DNA of 64,000 bases. Origin: Zygnema circumcarinatum SAG 698-1b. Taxonomy: Eukaryota; Plantae; Zygnematophyceae. The notes beneath the pieces were generated by a model. It saw nothing but the letters and a program-made list of their open reading frames with translations. It did no database searches and was not told where the DNA came from. Shown here piece after piece: positions 1-12,767 of this stretch (the stretch's first letter is position 1; each line of letters opens with the position of its first letter). The translations under genes were made by a program, and so were the position numbers. The stretch lies in NCBI GenBank assembly GCA_037447605.1, contig CM074815.1:1550001-1614000 (forward strand). The letters are read 5' to 3'.

Positions 1-136
1 TCTACACAGCCTAGTCTTCCCCCTGCACACTCTATGCTTCTGGAGATGAGTAGCCAAAGACTGCCGCTACACTAAGACACCTGTCCATCGGCCGGTTGTT
101 AACAAGTCAACAGATTTGAGTCGCGTGCAGGTATCG

Positions 137-3100
137 TTAGAAACTCAACATCTCCCCAGTAGACCTGCAAAAGTAGCATGAATGAAAAAAGCCAAGCATC
201 TCACCTCCATTGTCAGGTCTACTCGCCCTGCTCTGAGAAGCGATGCCCACAGACACCCCAGGTTCTTCCGTTGCAGTGTTTATGCCTCGCAAATTATAAG
301 GCTTTACTCCAATCAATGCTTCACCATCGTACTCTACCACGTTCTCCCAGTTATCATAGGCCACCTTCACAAGCTTGTCCACATAAATCTGATTCATAGC
401 AATGCCAAGGCAAAATGAAGTCAGGCAACATGCCACTCTTTCTAACTCTGATAATGCTTACGCCATGCTAACACCTGCGAACTTTGATTCCAGTTATTGA
501 AGCAAGATGACTTCCACTTACCGAGTCCCTCATCCAATAAGAATTTAGAAAAGCTTTTGAAACCTTGTGGCACACATGTTCACTTGCTCGTTTTCGATCT
601 ATAAATCAGATACACTTCAGTACTCGGAAATAGGACTAACGAAACCAAGACCACTCACTAAGCTAGACAAACAAAGTGGTGGTGTTTAGACCTTTTAACA
701 CTGCCTCCCGTCCCTTGAACAATTGGGGAGCGGAAAAACGATGAGACACAGAGCATACTCCTCTGCACACGTTTTGAGCCCATTCATGCACAATGAAAAG
801 TCCTGACCAAAAGCGCCTCGTACCTTTTCGCTTTCTGAAAGAAGGTCCACAGACATGTATTGGCCATCCGCAATAAGGCCCATGAGCTGAAAGATATTGT
901 TGAAAATCACACCAATGTTTTGCTTGTCATCCGCATAGTACACATGCAGTTTGCCATTCAGCACGCATGTTTTCGCATGTTCCACAGTCCCCTCCCACAT
1001 TTTGTTTGACATCCCAGATCCCAAAACCTGCATCAATCACATGACAATGCCCTTGCCAGTCAAACACACCTTCGCAATGCTTTCACATTTGTGTTTGATC
1101 CACTACAGCAGACAGAGACATAGAGAAATAAAGTTAACATAGCCTCATCTGATAATAGAAGCACCATTTCACGAAGACACTCATCTGAACCCCTACAATG
1201 ATGGACAGGAAACCGACACAAGCAATTGCAACATGAAATCAGTGATTTTGTCCTCAGCATGAATAATTCGGAACAGTAGAGCCGCCTCGCACTCACATTC
1301 CTCAGTTTTTGTGGATCCATCACCACAAGCCGAAGAAAATCCTCCACCGTGAACATCCCTGCCTGATTCAGACGCTTGTGAAATGCCCCGTCCTTTCCTA
1401 TCCGATCTAATCGCCACACCTCGTCATGCAGCGCAGGTGGGTAGTGCTTTTTATACACTGCATAACCCAAATTTGACACCCAAAGATCAGATACTTGAGC
1501 CTGAAATGTCGACAGAGAACGCATTCCACAAGGTACCCAAGCCTAAAAACAGATTGTTCACAAGAATAACCATTGTTAGGAAGAGAAAAGCTCACATTCT
1601 CCTCGGTGGTCCTTGACAGTGAAGGCCTCAGTCTTCGCTTCCCTAATGCGTTGACCTTCCAATTGCCCGGAAGCAAGCTTCACCCCCAATCTGAATTTCC
1701 GGCTCCGGATCCAACTGGAGTTGTCTGTGAACGTTAACTCCCCCAAAGTGCCCACCCCTTCTTTTAGGGTTACGGACAAATCCCCTGTCAGCAACGGCCT
1801 CTTACCATCCCGTTCTCGCACCACGTTTGTTTCAAACTCATCCTGCGAAAGTGCACATCACACCTTTCAGTTTGGAGAGTGAAATGGTCAAGAAACTTCT
1901 GCCTGTCAAGCGGGCTGAGAGAAAAACACACCGTCAGCTTCAAACGACAAGATGATGCAGACCCCAAATCAAATTGATTTTGGTCATGAGATGCACATTT
2001 GTGAAACTGGCATTCTTGAAGAGCTCCATGCCACATGTATCAAGAACTTGAATGTTTCAGTGATGGGACACGATTTTTCAGTAAATAAAAGCGAATGTCA
2101 ACTTTACAGCGTTGCTAAACATATAGCAAAAAGAAACCCAAATTTCACACAGCTTTACCTGTGTCCAGTCGTGGTCGTCATCTGCTGAAAAATCCCCTTC
2201 CAGTACGATGACTTCTAGTTTGCAATTCGCCTCTGGACCCACTGTCAACACCTGACCTGTAACACAATCTTGCAACACAACGTGTATGGCTGAACCCCCC
2301 TCTCCTTCCACCTTACTCCCTGTGAACAATGGCAGAGCAAGCTTGCTCCTGAACTGCAACCGCAGCTGTCTTTCATCAGAGCCGGAAATCCGTTTTGGAG
2401 ACGACCTGCAAACATTACATAACCAAAGTTGAATCACCAGAAAAAAACCTGATATAAACAATCATCAGGAAGACCATAAGATGCGTACAATAACAATTTC
2501 ACACTGCTGGTGCAACATAAGCAATGCACAGCTGCCACCTGTCAGCAGCAATCCTGTCAACGGCAAGGAAACGTCTATCATTCAAAGAAAAGGGGAAAAA
2601 AGTCTCCGACGACATAGAAATGGCTATTAAGCGTCACTCATATCGCAAGATCTGCTCCTAATCGCACATTTGCAACCCCAAGCAATAGCTTTTAAACATT
2701 GGTAGAGAAACTAAGCAAGCGTATCTCGCCAAAGGTGACCGACTTGTAAACCACGGAAGTAAGGAAAGCAGCCCCTCTTCGAAAGTCCAAGCGAAAGTTC
2801 ATATACAAAGTAATTGAGTTTAACTAGCTGGTCAGAAAAAGTCATGTGAGTACCGTCCAGTCAGCCTGGCTGGACCGGTTTGAGGCGCGAGTTTCGCCAG
2901 TGCACGCTCCACTTCTTCACCAACCTGCCATAAAAGGGAAAGAACATGAATGCCACGAAGCAAACAATCACTAAGGAAAGGTTAAATGCATTTGCATGAA
3001 GCTGCCAGAAACATACTTTTGAAAGGAACATGCAGTTTCGAACGATGGGTAGATTCCAAACTGAAATTGCAAAGAAATCTAAATTCTAGAAGATCTCTTT

Positions 3101-3685
3101 CCGAACAGAGGACAAAAGACAACCAATAATCCCCAGCATGGTCAACAGCTGGTTGTATTGATCTTTTTGATGGTGTCGAACATGTTAAGCTCCCTTCGCA
3201 GCAGCTAGAAAGCCAAACGTTTGCAAGTTCTTCTTGCGTTCCCTCCAAAACATGTGTGCTCATGCTTCCCAAATCCTGACGGATCATCACCAGCAGCCTG
3301 AGCAAGGAAAGAGGTCCATACCACTCTCCGCAACAGTGGTTCAAGCGAGGAGCAAAGCTTTTGCAGACTGTCCATCTTAATCGCCTCCAACACAACACTG
3401 CTTCAACAAGAGAGCGACAAGATTCGCTGTCAGTCCAAGCAACCACTTTCTTCCCCTCCAGCACCCTCCCCGACCGCAGCACTGCCACAGCTGACCCAAA
3501 ATCAGCTTTCCCACTCCAACTATCCAAAACCCTCCCAATCCACAGCATCATCCAAAACAGCAACAAAAAACCACCCATCCAGCCCTCACGAACCTTCCAA
3601 GTGCCGGCATCCGCTGCCTCTTCTCCTCCGGCAAGCCATCCGTCCCATCCGTCACCTCCAGCGGGCGCTTCTCCGCGCGCTTCAT
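137..3685 (-). CDS. CBP60: Calmodulin-binding protein 60 family transcription factor, multi-exon; 3' end uncertain and probably continues left of the window
   Basis: Spliced translation from ATG 3685: [10 protein letters not shown]...MPALG|[27 protein letters not shown]|[12 protein letters not shown]...|[12 protein letters not shown]...VLEGDF|[15 protein letters not shown]...[16 protein letters not shown]...[11 protein letters not shown]|[29 protein letters not shown]|[11 protein letters not shown]...|[12 protein letters not shown]. These are CBP60 signature blocks with GT-AG boundaries. 137 is an ORF limit, not a verified stop. Confidence 0.95.
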
Positions 3686-4228
3686 GACTGCGTAAGTCCA
3701 AAAGGAAAGCTTCAGGAAAGCCGCCCCTACCTTCCCCCTTCCCTCCCCTCCCTCGCCCCTTGAGATTGGGAATTGCAGGAGCAGGAAGCTGCGGAGAAGA
3801 AGACGCCTGGCGCCCTTCCCTTCTCAGAAGCTGCAGGGCCTCCTCCGGCGGAAGGCCGGCAATATGGGCCCGGATGGGCCGTCGCCCACCGTGGGATCTC
3901 AATGGCGCGCTCACAGCCGTCGATCTTTTTAACGCTTCTATGGGACGGTTTGGCGTTTGGGGTGACGGGACTGGACGTTTCTATGGGACGGATTACGTTG
4001 AGGTGACGTCAAACGACGTGCCTGGAAGCTTCGCGGGGACGCGATGGTTGACCGGCGTGTGTACGGACGGGCTGGTGTACGGAGTATTGTACGAATGAAA
4101 AGATCTGCGAGACCAGTTCTATGTCTGCATGGAACTAGTTCGAAGCGCTGTTCGGCGGGCTGTTAAAACTGAAAGTGGAGGGCACGTGACCCGTTCGTTC
4201 GTTCGCCCCTCCGAGCCGCGCCGCCTTG

Positions 4229-4324
4229 TGGGCTGCCTCTGGACCCTTCCTGGCTTTGCCCTGCGCTTGGCGGCTACTTAAACCCTCCCTCCCCGCTCCT
4301 GTCAGCCCCCCCCCCCTATATAAG
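4229..4324 (+). promoter_or_regulatory. NOP10 core promoter: site II (TGGGCT), telo-box (AAACCCT) and TATA box
   Basis: TGGGCT 4229-4234, AAACCCT 4280-4286 and TATATAAG 4317-4324, about 100-200 bp upstream of ATG 4426. This combination is typical of plant ribosome-biogenesis genes. Confidence 0.55.
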
Positions 4325-4425
4325 GGAAGCTCAGTATGGTTAGGATTTAGAGTGTCTTTGCTGTGGGCAGGTGTCGTCGTGAAGGTGTGATCTCGGCTTG
4401 AAGTTAGAGGCCGCAGGCAGTCGCC

Positions 4426-5361
4426 ATGTACCTGATGGCGTACACCGATGAGGCGGGGAACCGCGTGTACACACTAAAGGTAGCGTAGCGACTGACAGGC
4501 AGTGGCGGCTGCTTGTTGGAGGCCCTGCTGCTGTGTGATGGATGAGGTGTGAAGGTCGAATATGTCGTCGGAGATTGTCCAATCTTTAGCTTTGAGGGAG
4601 GGAGGGATGGATTTGAGTTGACGACAGAGGATGGCCTCGCTTGGCAGCGAGCCACCTCCACGCTTCTGGAGCGACGAGGCCGGCCTTGTTGCCGGCCTTT
4701 GGTGTCGTGAATTCCTGCGTGAATGTCGGAAATAAATGGCTGACGGTTGTAGGCGCCCGACGCCTCCCGCCAGCCTGGTCGCATATTCCATCGCCTTGAG
4801 GAGCGGCGTCGCTGCCTTTACCTTTTGGGACAGACCATGCTACCAATATTTCCTTGGTGAATAGTTGGAGTCATTCCTCTTTCTGTTAGTTGCTGCCTGC
4901 AAAGGTGGTGCTTCCAGAGGCTGACGGCTGAAGTCAGGAGGCATGCGAGGACTGTGCAGGACATGGGTATTGATTCATTTACAACTATTGCATCTGTGCA
5001 GAAGGAAAATGGAGACGAATGTAAACCGACGGATTCAGCTCATCCAGGTACGACGAACCTCCTGTCTACTCGTGGATGGATTGGAAGGCTTTTTGAGCTT
5101 CATTTGAAGGCTTGCTGATCTGCTAGGTGCAGTGGTTTGCAGGTTCTTCATCAGCGTATTGATGATAGTAGGCATGGATAGACTGACGGTCTTGTACAAA
5201 TTACAAGGGCTTCATTATTTGTCTTTTGGCTAACTGTGTTAATATTTGTGGTTTGTTTTGCAGCTCGATTTTCTCCAGACGACAAGTTCTCGAAACAAAG
5301 ACTAGTATGCAAAAAACGCTTTAACTTGCTGCCGACCCAGCAGCCTCCTCACAAGTATTAG
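4426..5361 (+). CDS. NOP10: H/ACA ribonucleoprotein complex subunit NOP10, 3 exons (4426-4479, 5002-5047, 5264-5361)
   Basis: Not in the ORF track because the exons are short. Spliced product [18 protein letters not shown]|[15 protein letters not shown]|[32 protein letters not shown] contains the [15 protein letters not shown]10 signature, with GT-AG introns in phase. Confidence 0.97.
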
Positions 5362-6503
5362 CCTATTGTGGTGTACTCAATGGCTCAATGGTGAAGCCCA
5401 TTCATTTGTTTAAGGTAGCCCTTGTGAATAAAATCAAGCTTGGATAGTAAAGACGCCTTGTGTACAGTCAATACCGGCCGCAATCGGTCCGAGTTAGTCA
5501 TTTCAGCTTTTACTTTTTTGCTGGCCACTATGTTGTGTGTTAACCGGCAGCGAGTGAAGATAGTTTAGGAGCAGCAATTTGTCCTTGAAGACCGTCTCAA
5601 ACTTCTCGTTTCAGTTGGAGTACTTATATTTTGGCGGTTTCGGCTAAGAACAATAATGGTATGAAGTTTAAAGCTTTTGTGCCTTTTGTAGCTACCCTTT
5701 TTGCCTGTCGAGAGTATTTGTAATAATGTCATGGAAGCATCCTCTGCGCGGTAATACGAAGGGGTCAATACGAAGGGGAATTGACCGTGAGATGCTTTTC
5801 CTAGTGCACATGTCTTTATTCTCTAAAATTGAAATGAACCGTGCCTTCTGGTCACATGATTCATGATTTATGGATTGATCATGTTTGCAGCAGTTTTTCC
5901 TTTCTAGAAAATGGGGCTTTTTTATTATTTCAGATACTTGTGACAACTTTCTTGAAGAAAATGATTTCTATGACTGGGAAAATTGCAAGTTCTTTCTTTA
6001 AATACCTGCGCAAGGAACATACATCCCGAACGAGCCAGTTTAGGATCACTACAGCATCGGTCTACGAAGTACAGACGACGCCAATGTTAACACTGCAACG
6101 TCAAGATTTAACATGCTTATCCAACCTTGAGCGGAGTTTTCCTAGCGCCACCGCTACAGATTATGGTGAAGTAAATCTTCCTGTTTGTTGTGCGTTAATG
6201 GAAGCTTGTTGGGTACTGGATAAACAAGCCCATTTCGAAAATTAAAACTCCCGTCTGCAAACATGGCATGAAGCGCTCGTTCATTGCAGCACAAGGACCG
6301 TGAAGCAACTCCTCCGCCCTAATGCACTGCTGCTACGCTACCAGTAGCACCCCTGCCATGTCTCCCCGCCCTGCACTCACTCCTGCCAGCGCCAACACAC
6401 ACTCGTGCAGACCAATGCAAAAATTGCCCTCTTCCAGCCCACAAGCGCAGCAGCCCCCCAGCGGGCCCTGGGCTAATCACAGCCCGTCACGTCAACGAAA
6501 ATG

Positions 6504-6675
6504 CACACGTGGCCAGACCCTATTGGCTCCTGCGCAAGGCGCCTTCAAACAGAGCAGGCCCACCCCCACGGTCGTCGGAACGCCGTCTCAGCGGAGCTTG
6601 TACTGTACAGTACTGTACTTGTACTTCGAGGACCTCCAATGGCGGTGTGTCACGTGTAAAATTGTGTACACGTGG
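6504..6675 (+). promoter_or_regulatory. ABRE/G-box and GTAC cluster upstream of the TRIC-like gene
   Basis: ACACGTGGC at about 6505-6513 and 6668-6676, CACGTG at 6651-6656, five GTAC in 6600-6624 and one at 6666. Confidence 0.45.
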
Positions 6676-6789
6676 CGAGACGTCATTGGACCAACAATCT
6701 TTTTTTTTTGAAGTTCCCCGCGGGAAGAAGCGCCCTCCTTGCAGGAAGCGTAGGAGGAAGCGCGCGCTTCTCCTCGGGCGTGGGCCGCC

Positions 6790-9700
6790 ATGGGGGCCGG
6801 CTGCTGCTCTGGGGGTGCTGCAGGAGGAGGGGCAGGGGCAGGGCTGGGGGCCATAGCCAGTGGGAACTTCTCGGCGCTGGAGCCGCTGCTGGAGCATCTC
6901 AAGGGCGCCGTCACTGCAGCAGGCTCCAAGATTTCCGGCTATGGCGAGCCGTACCATGGCGATTTGCGGCAGCTACACGCGCTGTTTCTGGGCCTGCCTG
7001 CGCTTCCCCTGCTCATAGGACACTGCTGCTTTATGGCGGCGCTTTACCATGGCCCACCCTTTCGTTACTACTGGCTGCTTTCCTTCTGGATCTCGTTTGC
7101 TGCTGGATTTGGAGGTGGAACGCTCTCTTCCATCATGATGCAGGTAAGCTGTCGTGCTTCTTTCAGGGTAAAGATTCAATTTTTTTCTTTTACGAGGATA
7201 TACGATGAAAGATGTTACGTGAGGAACGGGATGTGAGCTGTAATTTGACAACTTGAAGTTGTATTGTTAAGAGAACTTAACAGGTTTTGCTTATTTCGGT
7301 GTCATTTGCGTACTTTTACAAACCATTCTCCTCTCTTTTCTATCATTTTCCTTCCAGAATCAGATTCTTCTTTCTGAAAGACTCTGTACAAAAAGCTACG
7401 ATTTTTTCGCATTAGAACTTTGTCTCCTTCATCATCATAGTAGCTAAATGGAAGGTTCGAGCTGCATGGATCCAAAGGGATCAGCTATGTTCTTGCTCAT
7501 CCAAGTAGTGTATGTGTGGTGACGTACATTCACTGTTGAAACTGATTTTTTTTTTTGGTCTCTGAATTAGAATATCGATAAAAATAGTTCCTGAAACAGA
7601 AACGGGGAATCGTGAAACGCACTGGAGTGAAAGCTATCAGACAGAGACGCACTGATAAAAAGAGTGTTTGTTAATTTCCAGGTCGAATAAAAATGTAAAT
7701 GCCTGAAGCACTTCCACGCTCTAAATCCTATGGCCGTCAAGTCAGGAAGTTCAACTGAAGCAGAATTCATTGAATTGAATGTCGCTTTGTGTAGTCTCGT
7801 AGGGGCGCTTCATGTTTCATAGACCTGTCATGGCTACAGCTGGGATGACAGACCTGTGATGATTTTGCAGTGGCTGAGGTAACCCTGCTATAATCACAAG
7901 TTTCAAGTGAACCATGTTAAATTAAAACGGCACGCAGTAGCTTCTGTAACCGTCTAGGCAGACTTTCTCCTCTCATCACTTGACGCTTGTCACGTATCCT
8001 CATCTGGACGTCTTCTGATTGGTTTGACCTTATTCAGAGGTTCACAAAAAATGACAAAAGGTATCCCTCAAATGCTTGAAGTCAAATTCATTTCTAAAAG
8101 AATGGTTGGCTATATCTCGCAGAGATTTTCTTGCATGGACTGAATTTACACTGAGTAGTGCAATCTGTAGAGTAAATCATCCTTTGCTTAACGAGCAGAT
8201 AGCTCGTATTAACTTGGGAAGTCTTGCAACGTAAGGGGTAGATAACGCGTGACCTGTCTGGATGAAGATACTCCATTAATCATCAATTCTGTTGCTTCCA
8301 TTTTGAATTGTAGGATCCCCCTATTTGGTTCAGGGATGATACCCTAATCCTTACTTACGCCATCTGCTGGTGGGATATCTTTCACCTAAAGCGTCTCTTT
8401 AAAGTCTAGCTACCTCCTTTTTTCCTTTCAGTTTTGAGCTTTTTTTCTCCACTTCCTACAAGGAATTGTTATTATTTTCATTCTGCTCATAAACCATGCC
8501 AACATGTAAAACTAACTCGCATCTGTTAGTTGCAACCACTCCCCTTTAATTGTGTAATGTATGCAACTGTATCCTCTCTATTTCAAGGTAGACTGTGCTT
8601 AACCCCTGATCTGTACTCTTGGGACATCGTACAATTTGTCAGGTGGTTTATCATGTATTCTCCGAGAGATGTAGGCTTTACCCTGTTCAGCAAAATTCTG
8701 CCGATAAAGGTGCGTTCTTGCATAGAGCACTCTACATTGGCTGGGCCAATAATCTAGTAAAATTATTTTATTTGTCTCTCCGTTGTCTTTAAGCACTGTG
8801 CGGAGAACTTTTTGATGAATGTTATGGTACCGTGAGGTAAACGGTGCTAGCATGAGTTCGTCCTTCATAGGTTTGGAAAGGAACTGGGCAATTTATCGAT
8901 ATTGTAGTTCAATTTAGAAGTCTTACTTCTTTGTTCATTGCTTGTAGGTCGCAGAGTATCTGTCCAATTTTTTGTTTCTGGCTATTCTGCAGCTCGATCT
9001 CGTGTAGCGGGAACAAGAATGCCTTGGTTTTGCCCGTCAAGAATTTTTGGGGTTTCGAGTTGTGCTAACAGGTGGCTTGTAAAGCATCATCCAATATTCT
9101 GCGTGCCAACATCATCATGGCAAGGGTAAGCTGTTTCGCATTGGCACATGATAAGCAGCAATTCTTGAAAGCATGTTCATGCTGCAGTATGTAAGAATAG
9201 ACCTTAAATAAAGAGGGTGCATAATGTGACTGATAACATGATGATGTGATTGAAAAGCTGCCAGAATCCTTCAGAATTGGTAGTTTGGGCTTCATATATA
9301 CCAGATTCGTAGGGAGTTGGAGTGATCGACAATGTCTTATTTATTCACACACTGCAATGCAAAACTAGCCTCGCTCGCTTTCTCAGCTCGTTGAAAGGCG
9401 ATGTATAGGACATAGTTTGTTGGGCAAGAGCACAACATTCAAGAGGCAAGATTCTGTGTGGCCTGCAGGTGGATCTTGTGGTGAAGCGGTTTGGGCCCAC
9501 TGCAGTCACAGCTCCTATCTTCCTCGGAACATTAAGTGGTACGCTTTGTTGTTGCTGCTCCATGCTAGAGCCGTGGTGGTATCAGTGAAAATAGAGAATG
9601 GGCGTTCTGAGCGACATCCTCATTCACAGTGCAAATGTCGAATGCAAATGCCATTGCTTTTCATGTAGGCACTTGAGGAATTTTTCTGACGTGGACCAAG

Positions 9701-11754
9701 CATAGAAGTTAGTGCCGCACAATGTCACCCCACCAGTGCAGAAACCCTACCCTGTCCATGCCGGTGGAACTGGTAGTTTTAAGGAACGCTATTGCAGGTG
9801 TCTGATTGGCAAAAAGTTGTGGTCGCTTCAGGTTGTGGTGGAAAGTTGATATGCGACCTCGCTGCTGCAGCATTTCACTTGCGGAAACCGGCTGAGCTGG
9901 CCAAGCCATCGTGGTATGCTATGCTATCCGCTTCTTGCACCAGTTCTCGTATGATATAGGCGGGGCCGGTGGATTTGAATGTTGGATCAGATTAGTGATG
10001 CAATGGTCAAAAGCTTGCTTATGGCCTATTCCACGAAGCTTCTTACCGTCAGAATTGTCATCTACTTCATGGCTCCAATGAAATCCAACGAAACCCACCC
10101 ATAACACCTCAACCCGCCAAACATAGTGTAAGTGTGAGCTGGTCGGGTTATAAATCGCAGCAGTGCCGCGTTCCAAACACCGCATACTCGGTCATTCTTG
10201 TAATTTCAGCATAATGCGTTAGATTGCACTTGCTTATGTAGACGATGTAGATGTATGTTGCTTGCTTTGATCGAATGTGCATCCATTATCCACGCTCAGG
10301 TTTTGGTGACTGCACGTTTCAATTTGGAATTCATCTCAAACTGTTAAGCCAGCCCCACTCCTATTCTGTCGCCTTGCCAGGGGTGATTCTTTTTTCATGT
10401 CACCCAGTGTTTTGTATTCAAGGCTGTGTCATAAGAACATTCGTGCACGTTTTTGTAACCATGGCATGGGACTTCCCGGCAACGACCTGTCACTTCAAAC
10501 GGACCACTTCAATTTTTACATGATTTACTCCGCGAGTTGATGTCATATGTCGTCAGACTAAGTGGTCCATGCTCCTCATTTCGTGGCGCTTAAACTTTTG
10601 TCCTTGCCCCCTTCCGTACAGGTCTCTTCGATCTGCGCTATCTGTTTCCTTCCTATACACAGCAACTGTATATTGGCTACCGATTTTTCCCCAGGACGTG
10701 GCAAAGGCGGCATTGATCACCTTCCTTGTAAGAAATGCCTCATATAGGCCGTTACCCTTCAATGTCGCCCCGCTACTTCACTTTGTCAGATGTCGGAGAC
10801 AAGCCAGGTGCTAATGCATCTGATGACAGTCACTTGTCTCTCAGAGCATAGGAACTTTAGTTCCCAGAGGAAAGGTACAAACTTGTATTTTTTCTATCAG
10901 GCAGTGTCTTCTACTTGTGAAATGAGTCTTTATCATGTCATGCTGCTATCATGAATCGCCTGCCGGATTATGAAATTGTAACAAGAGCAACACAACAGAA
11001 GTAACACAACAAGAGGAACAATAATAAATTTAGCACTGTCAACAAGAGTAATGGGTCACTGCTCTTTCATGATCCTCTCTCTTTCTGCTGTTTTCTCCTC
11101 TTGATGGCAATGTGCTCACTTTGGGTTTGGGTGTGTTTTCAGGTGGCCCAAGGCTTGGCATCCGATCTGACCGGTTGGCAACTTGACCTGACCGAGCCCT
11201 TCTTCTCCATCTTCCACGCATTGACGTGAGTATGACACTTTCAAAAGGCAGCTCCCATTGAGACATAGCGCCTGGTGTGGCAAATGTCATTAAAGCAAAC
11301 GTGTAGTTTAGGATTCTGGTGTTTCTATATTGGGTGAGGAGTTAATTTGAGTGAACTACATACCTCCCTCCCTCCGTCCCCCTCTCCCCCTACCTCCCTT
11401 CCTTCCCTCTCCCTTCCCTCTCCCCCTCCTTCCCACTCCCCTGTTGCTTCCCTCACCCTACTCCTCCCACTCACCCCCTCTCCCACTCTCCCCCCCCCAC
11501 CCCTTCCCCCTCCCTTCCTCCCTCTCCCTCTCCCCGTCCCCTTGTTCAGTAAGCGGAGTTTGAGCGAACTCTTGAATTTCCTAGTGGCTCTCGGGCCTCA
11601 GAGATCACCTGTTGTAGGATGCAAATCATCAATTTTATTCACGCGACTCCTTACTCCTCTGTGTCGCAGGGGCATTCCTGTCCCCCCCGAGGAGGTTGAC
11701 CCAAAGGCCATAAGCACCGCAGTCTTTGAGGTGCCAAAGAAGCACTCTGACTAG
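6790..11754 (+). CDS. TRIC/TMEM38-like trimeric intracellular cation channel, about 9 exons
   Basis: Exons 6790-7143, 8314-8369, 8643-8709, 9072-9125, ~9469-9538, ~9833-9913, ~10623-10736, 11143-11225 and ~11670-11754 splice in phase. Product includes FAAGFGGGTLSSIMMQ|DPPIWFRDD...ICW|WFIMYSPRD...|NILRANIIMAR|VDLVVKRF...IFLGTLSG|CGGKLI...ELAKPSW|SLRSAL..., which parallels recalled TMEM38 blocks FGGGILS..LL.EPP, W.LIFFCP.D, R..KI..GV, G.A.G.GG and EWL..SY. Confidence 0.8.
11361..11540. repeat. CT-rich polypyrimidine low-complexity tract in the last TRIC intron
   Basis: Almost pure C/T run; it produces spurious Pro/Ser/Leu ORFs. Confidence 0.85.
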
Positions 11755-12767
11755 CAACTTCCAGTCATCCGTCAGTGCGTCCGGGAGAAGCGCAGCAGGT
11801 CTTCTGGTACTAGTGGTGTTTCTATGGTGAATAATCGACAGTGAATTAGTGACTTCGCCTAATGATCGCCTGCCTTGGCCTATCAATGGGATGCTATAGT
11901 GCCTGGGGCAGTTCTCGGGATGTAAAGACATTTTCCAAGTTAGCTGTGGAGTTTGAAGGGAGCTATGGACAGAGTTCGTGTACTGTAAAGCAATAAGACC
12001 ATTCTTTGTCAAGACGAAAGCGAAAGAAAGTGAATAGTCATCCATCCACGATGGCGACGTCATCAGATGCACAGGGACAGAGACAATATGTAGAACCAGT
12101 GTGAGCCTGCCACAAATGGCCTACAAACGAAAGAAGGGCTATGAGCAAAACTCTGCTCCTCGAGTGAAAGGCTAAATGTGCATTTGGGCATTACCACAAT
12201 TCAGCTTGTTGACGGGGTGGTCTAACAGCCTCGGTTTCCTGCTTTCTATTTCAAAATCGCCAAAGTATTTCTTCACTGCGAACTATCGAGCATCTTCGAA
12301 TGCTGATTGCCCATGTAACAAAATTGAGAAAATTGTGGCGAGTTAGCATTGGCAGATCCTTGGCATATTAAAAAGATGCCTTTACTGATTGCTGGTGAGG
12401 TGGCGCAGGAGGTGCCAGCCACACGAGGTAGAAAAATGGGACCTATGTGCTCTTAAGAAAACAAGACCGCGTTGCATGTCTAACATTGCAATCTAGAGTT
12501 GTGTTGGAACCATTCGCCGCCTGTGTAGGCTTGGCCAGGAAGGGTTGTGCAACAAAGTTCCATGAGTTGTGAGGGTTTTGTCACCTACGGTTGTGTCGGA
12601 TCAGTGTTCCATGAGTACTTCTTGTCAGGTACGTGCGGTTGAATTGAAACAACGTTCCATGGCAGCCTCGTCCAGATAGGGCTACGCTGGGCCGTGTCAC
12701 GTATCTCATTGCCTGCTTGTAGTTTTCCGCTCATAGCTTCTTTCTTTTGTGCTTAGGTCCTTTGCGC

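Noticed and set aside
2982-3914. 310-aa minus-strand ORF, and the many 60-200 aa ORFs antisense to or inside the called genes
   Set aside because: Explained as shadow frames or intron read-through of the spliced genes and of low-complexity tracts.
5155-5190. TGATGA...CTGA in NOP10 intron 2 as a possible intronic snoRNA
   Set aside because: About 20 nt spacing and no terminal stem.
7851-7880. Box C (GTGATGA) and box D (CTGA) with a short closing stem in TRIC intron 1
   Set aside because: Only 11 nt separate the boxes, too short for a C/D snoRNA; probably chance.
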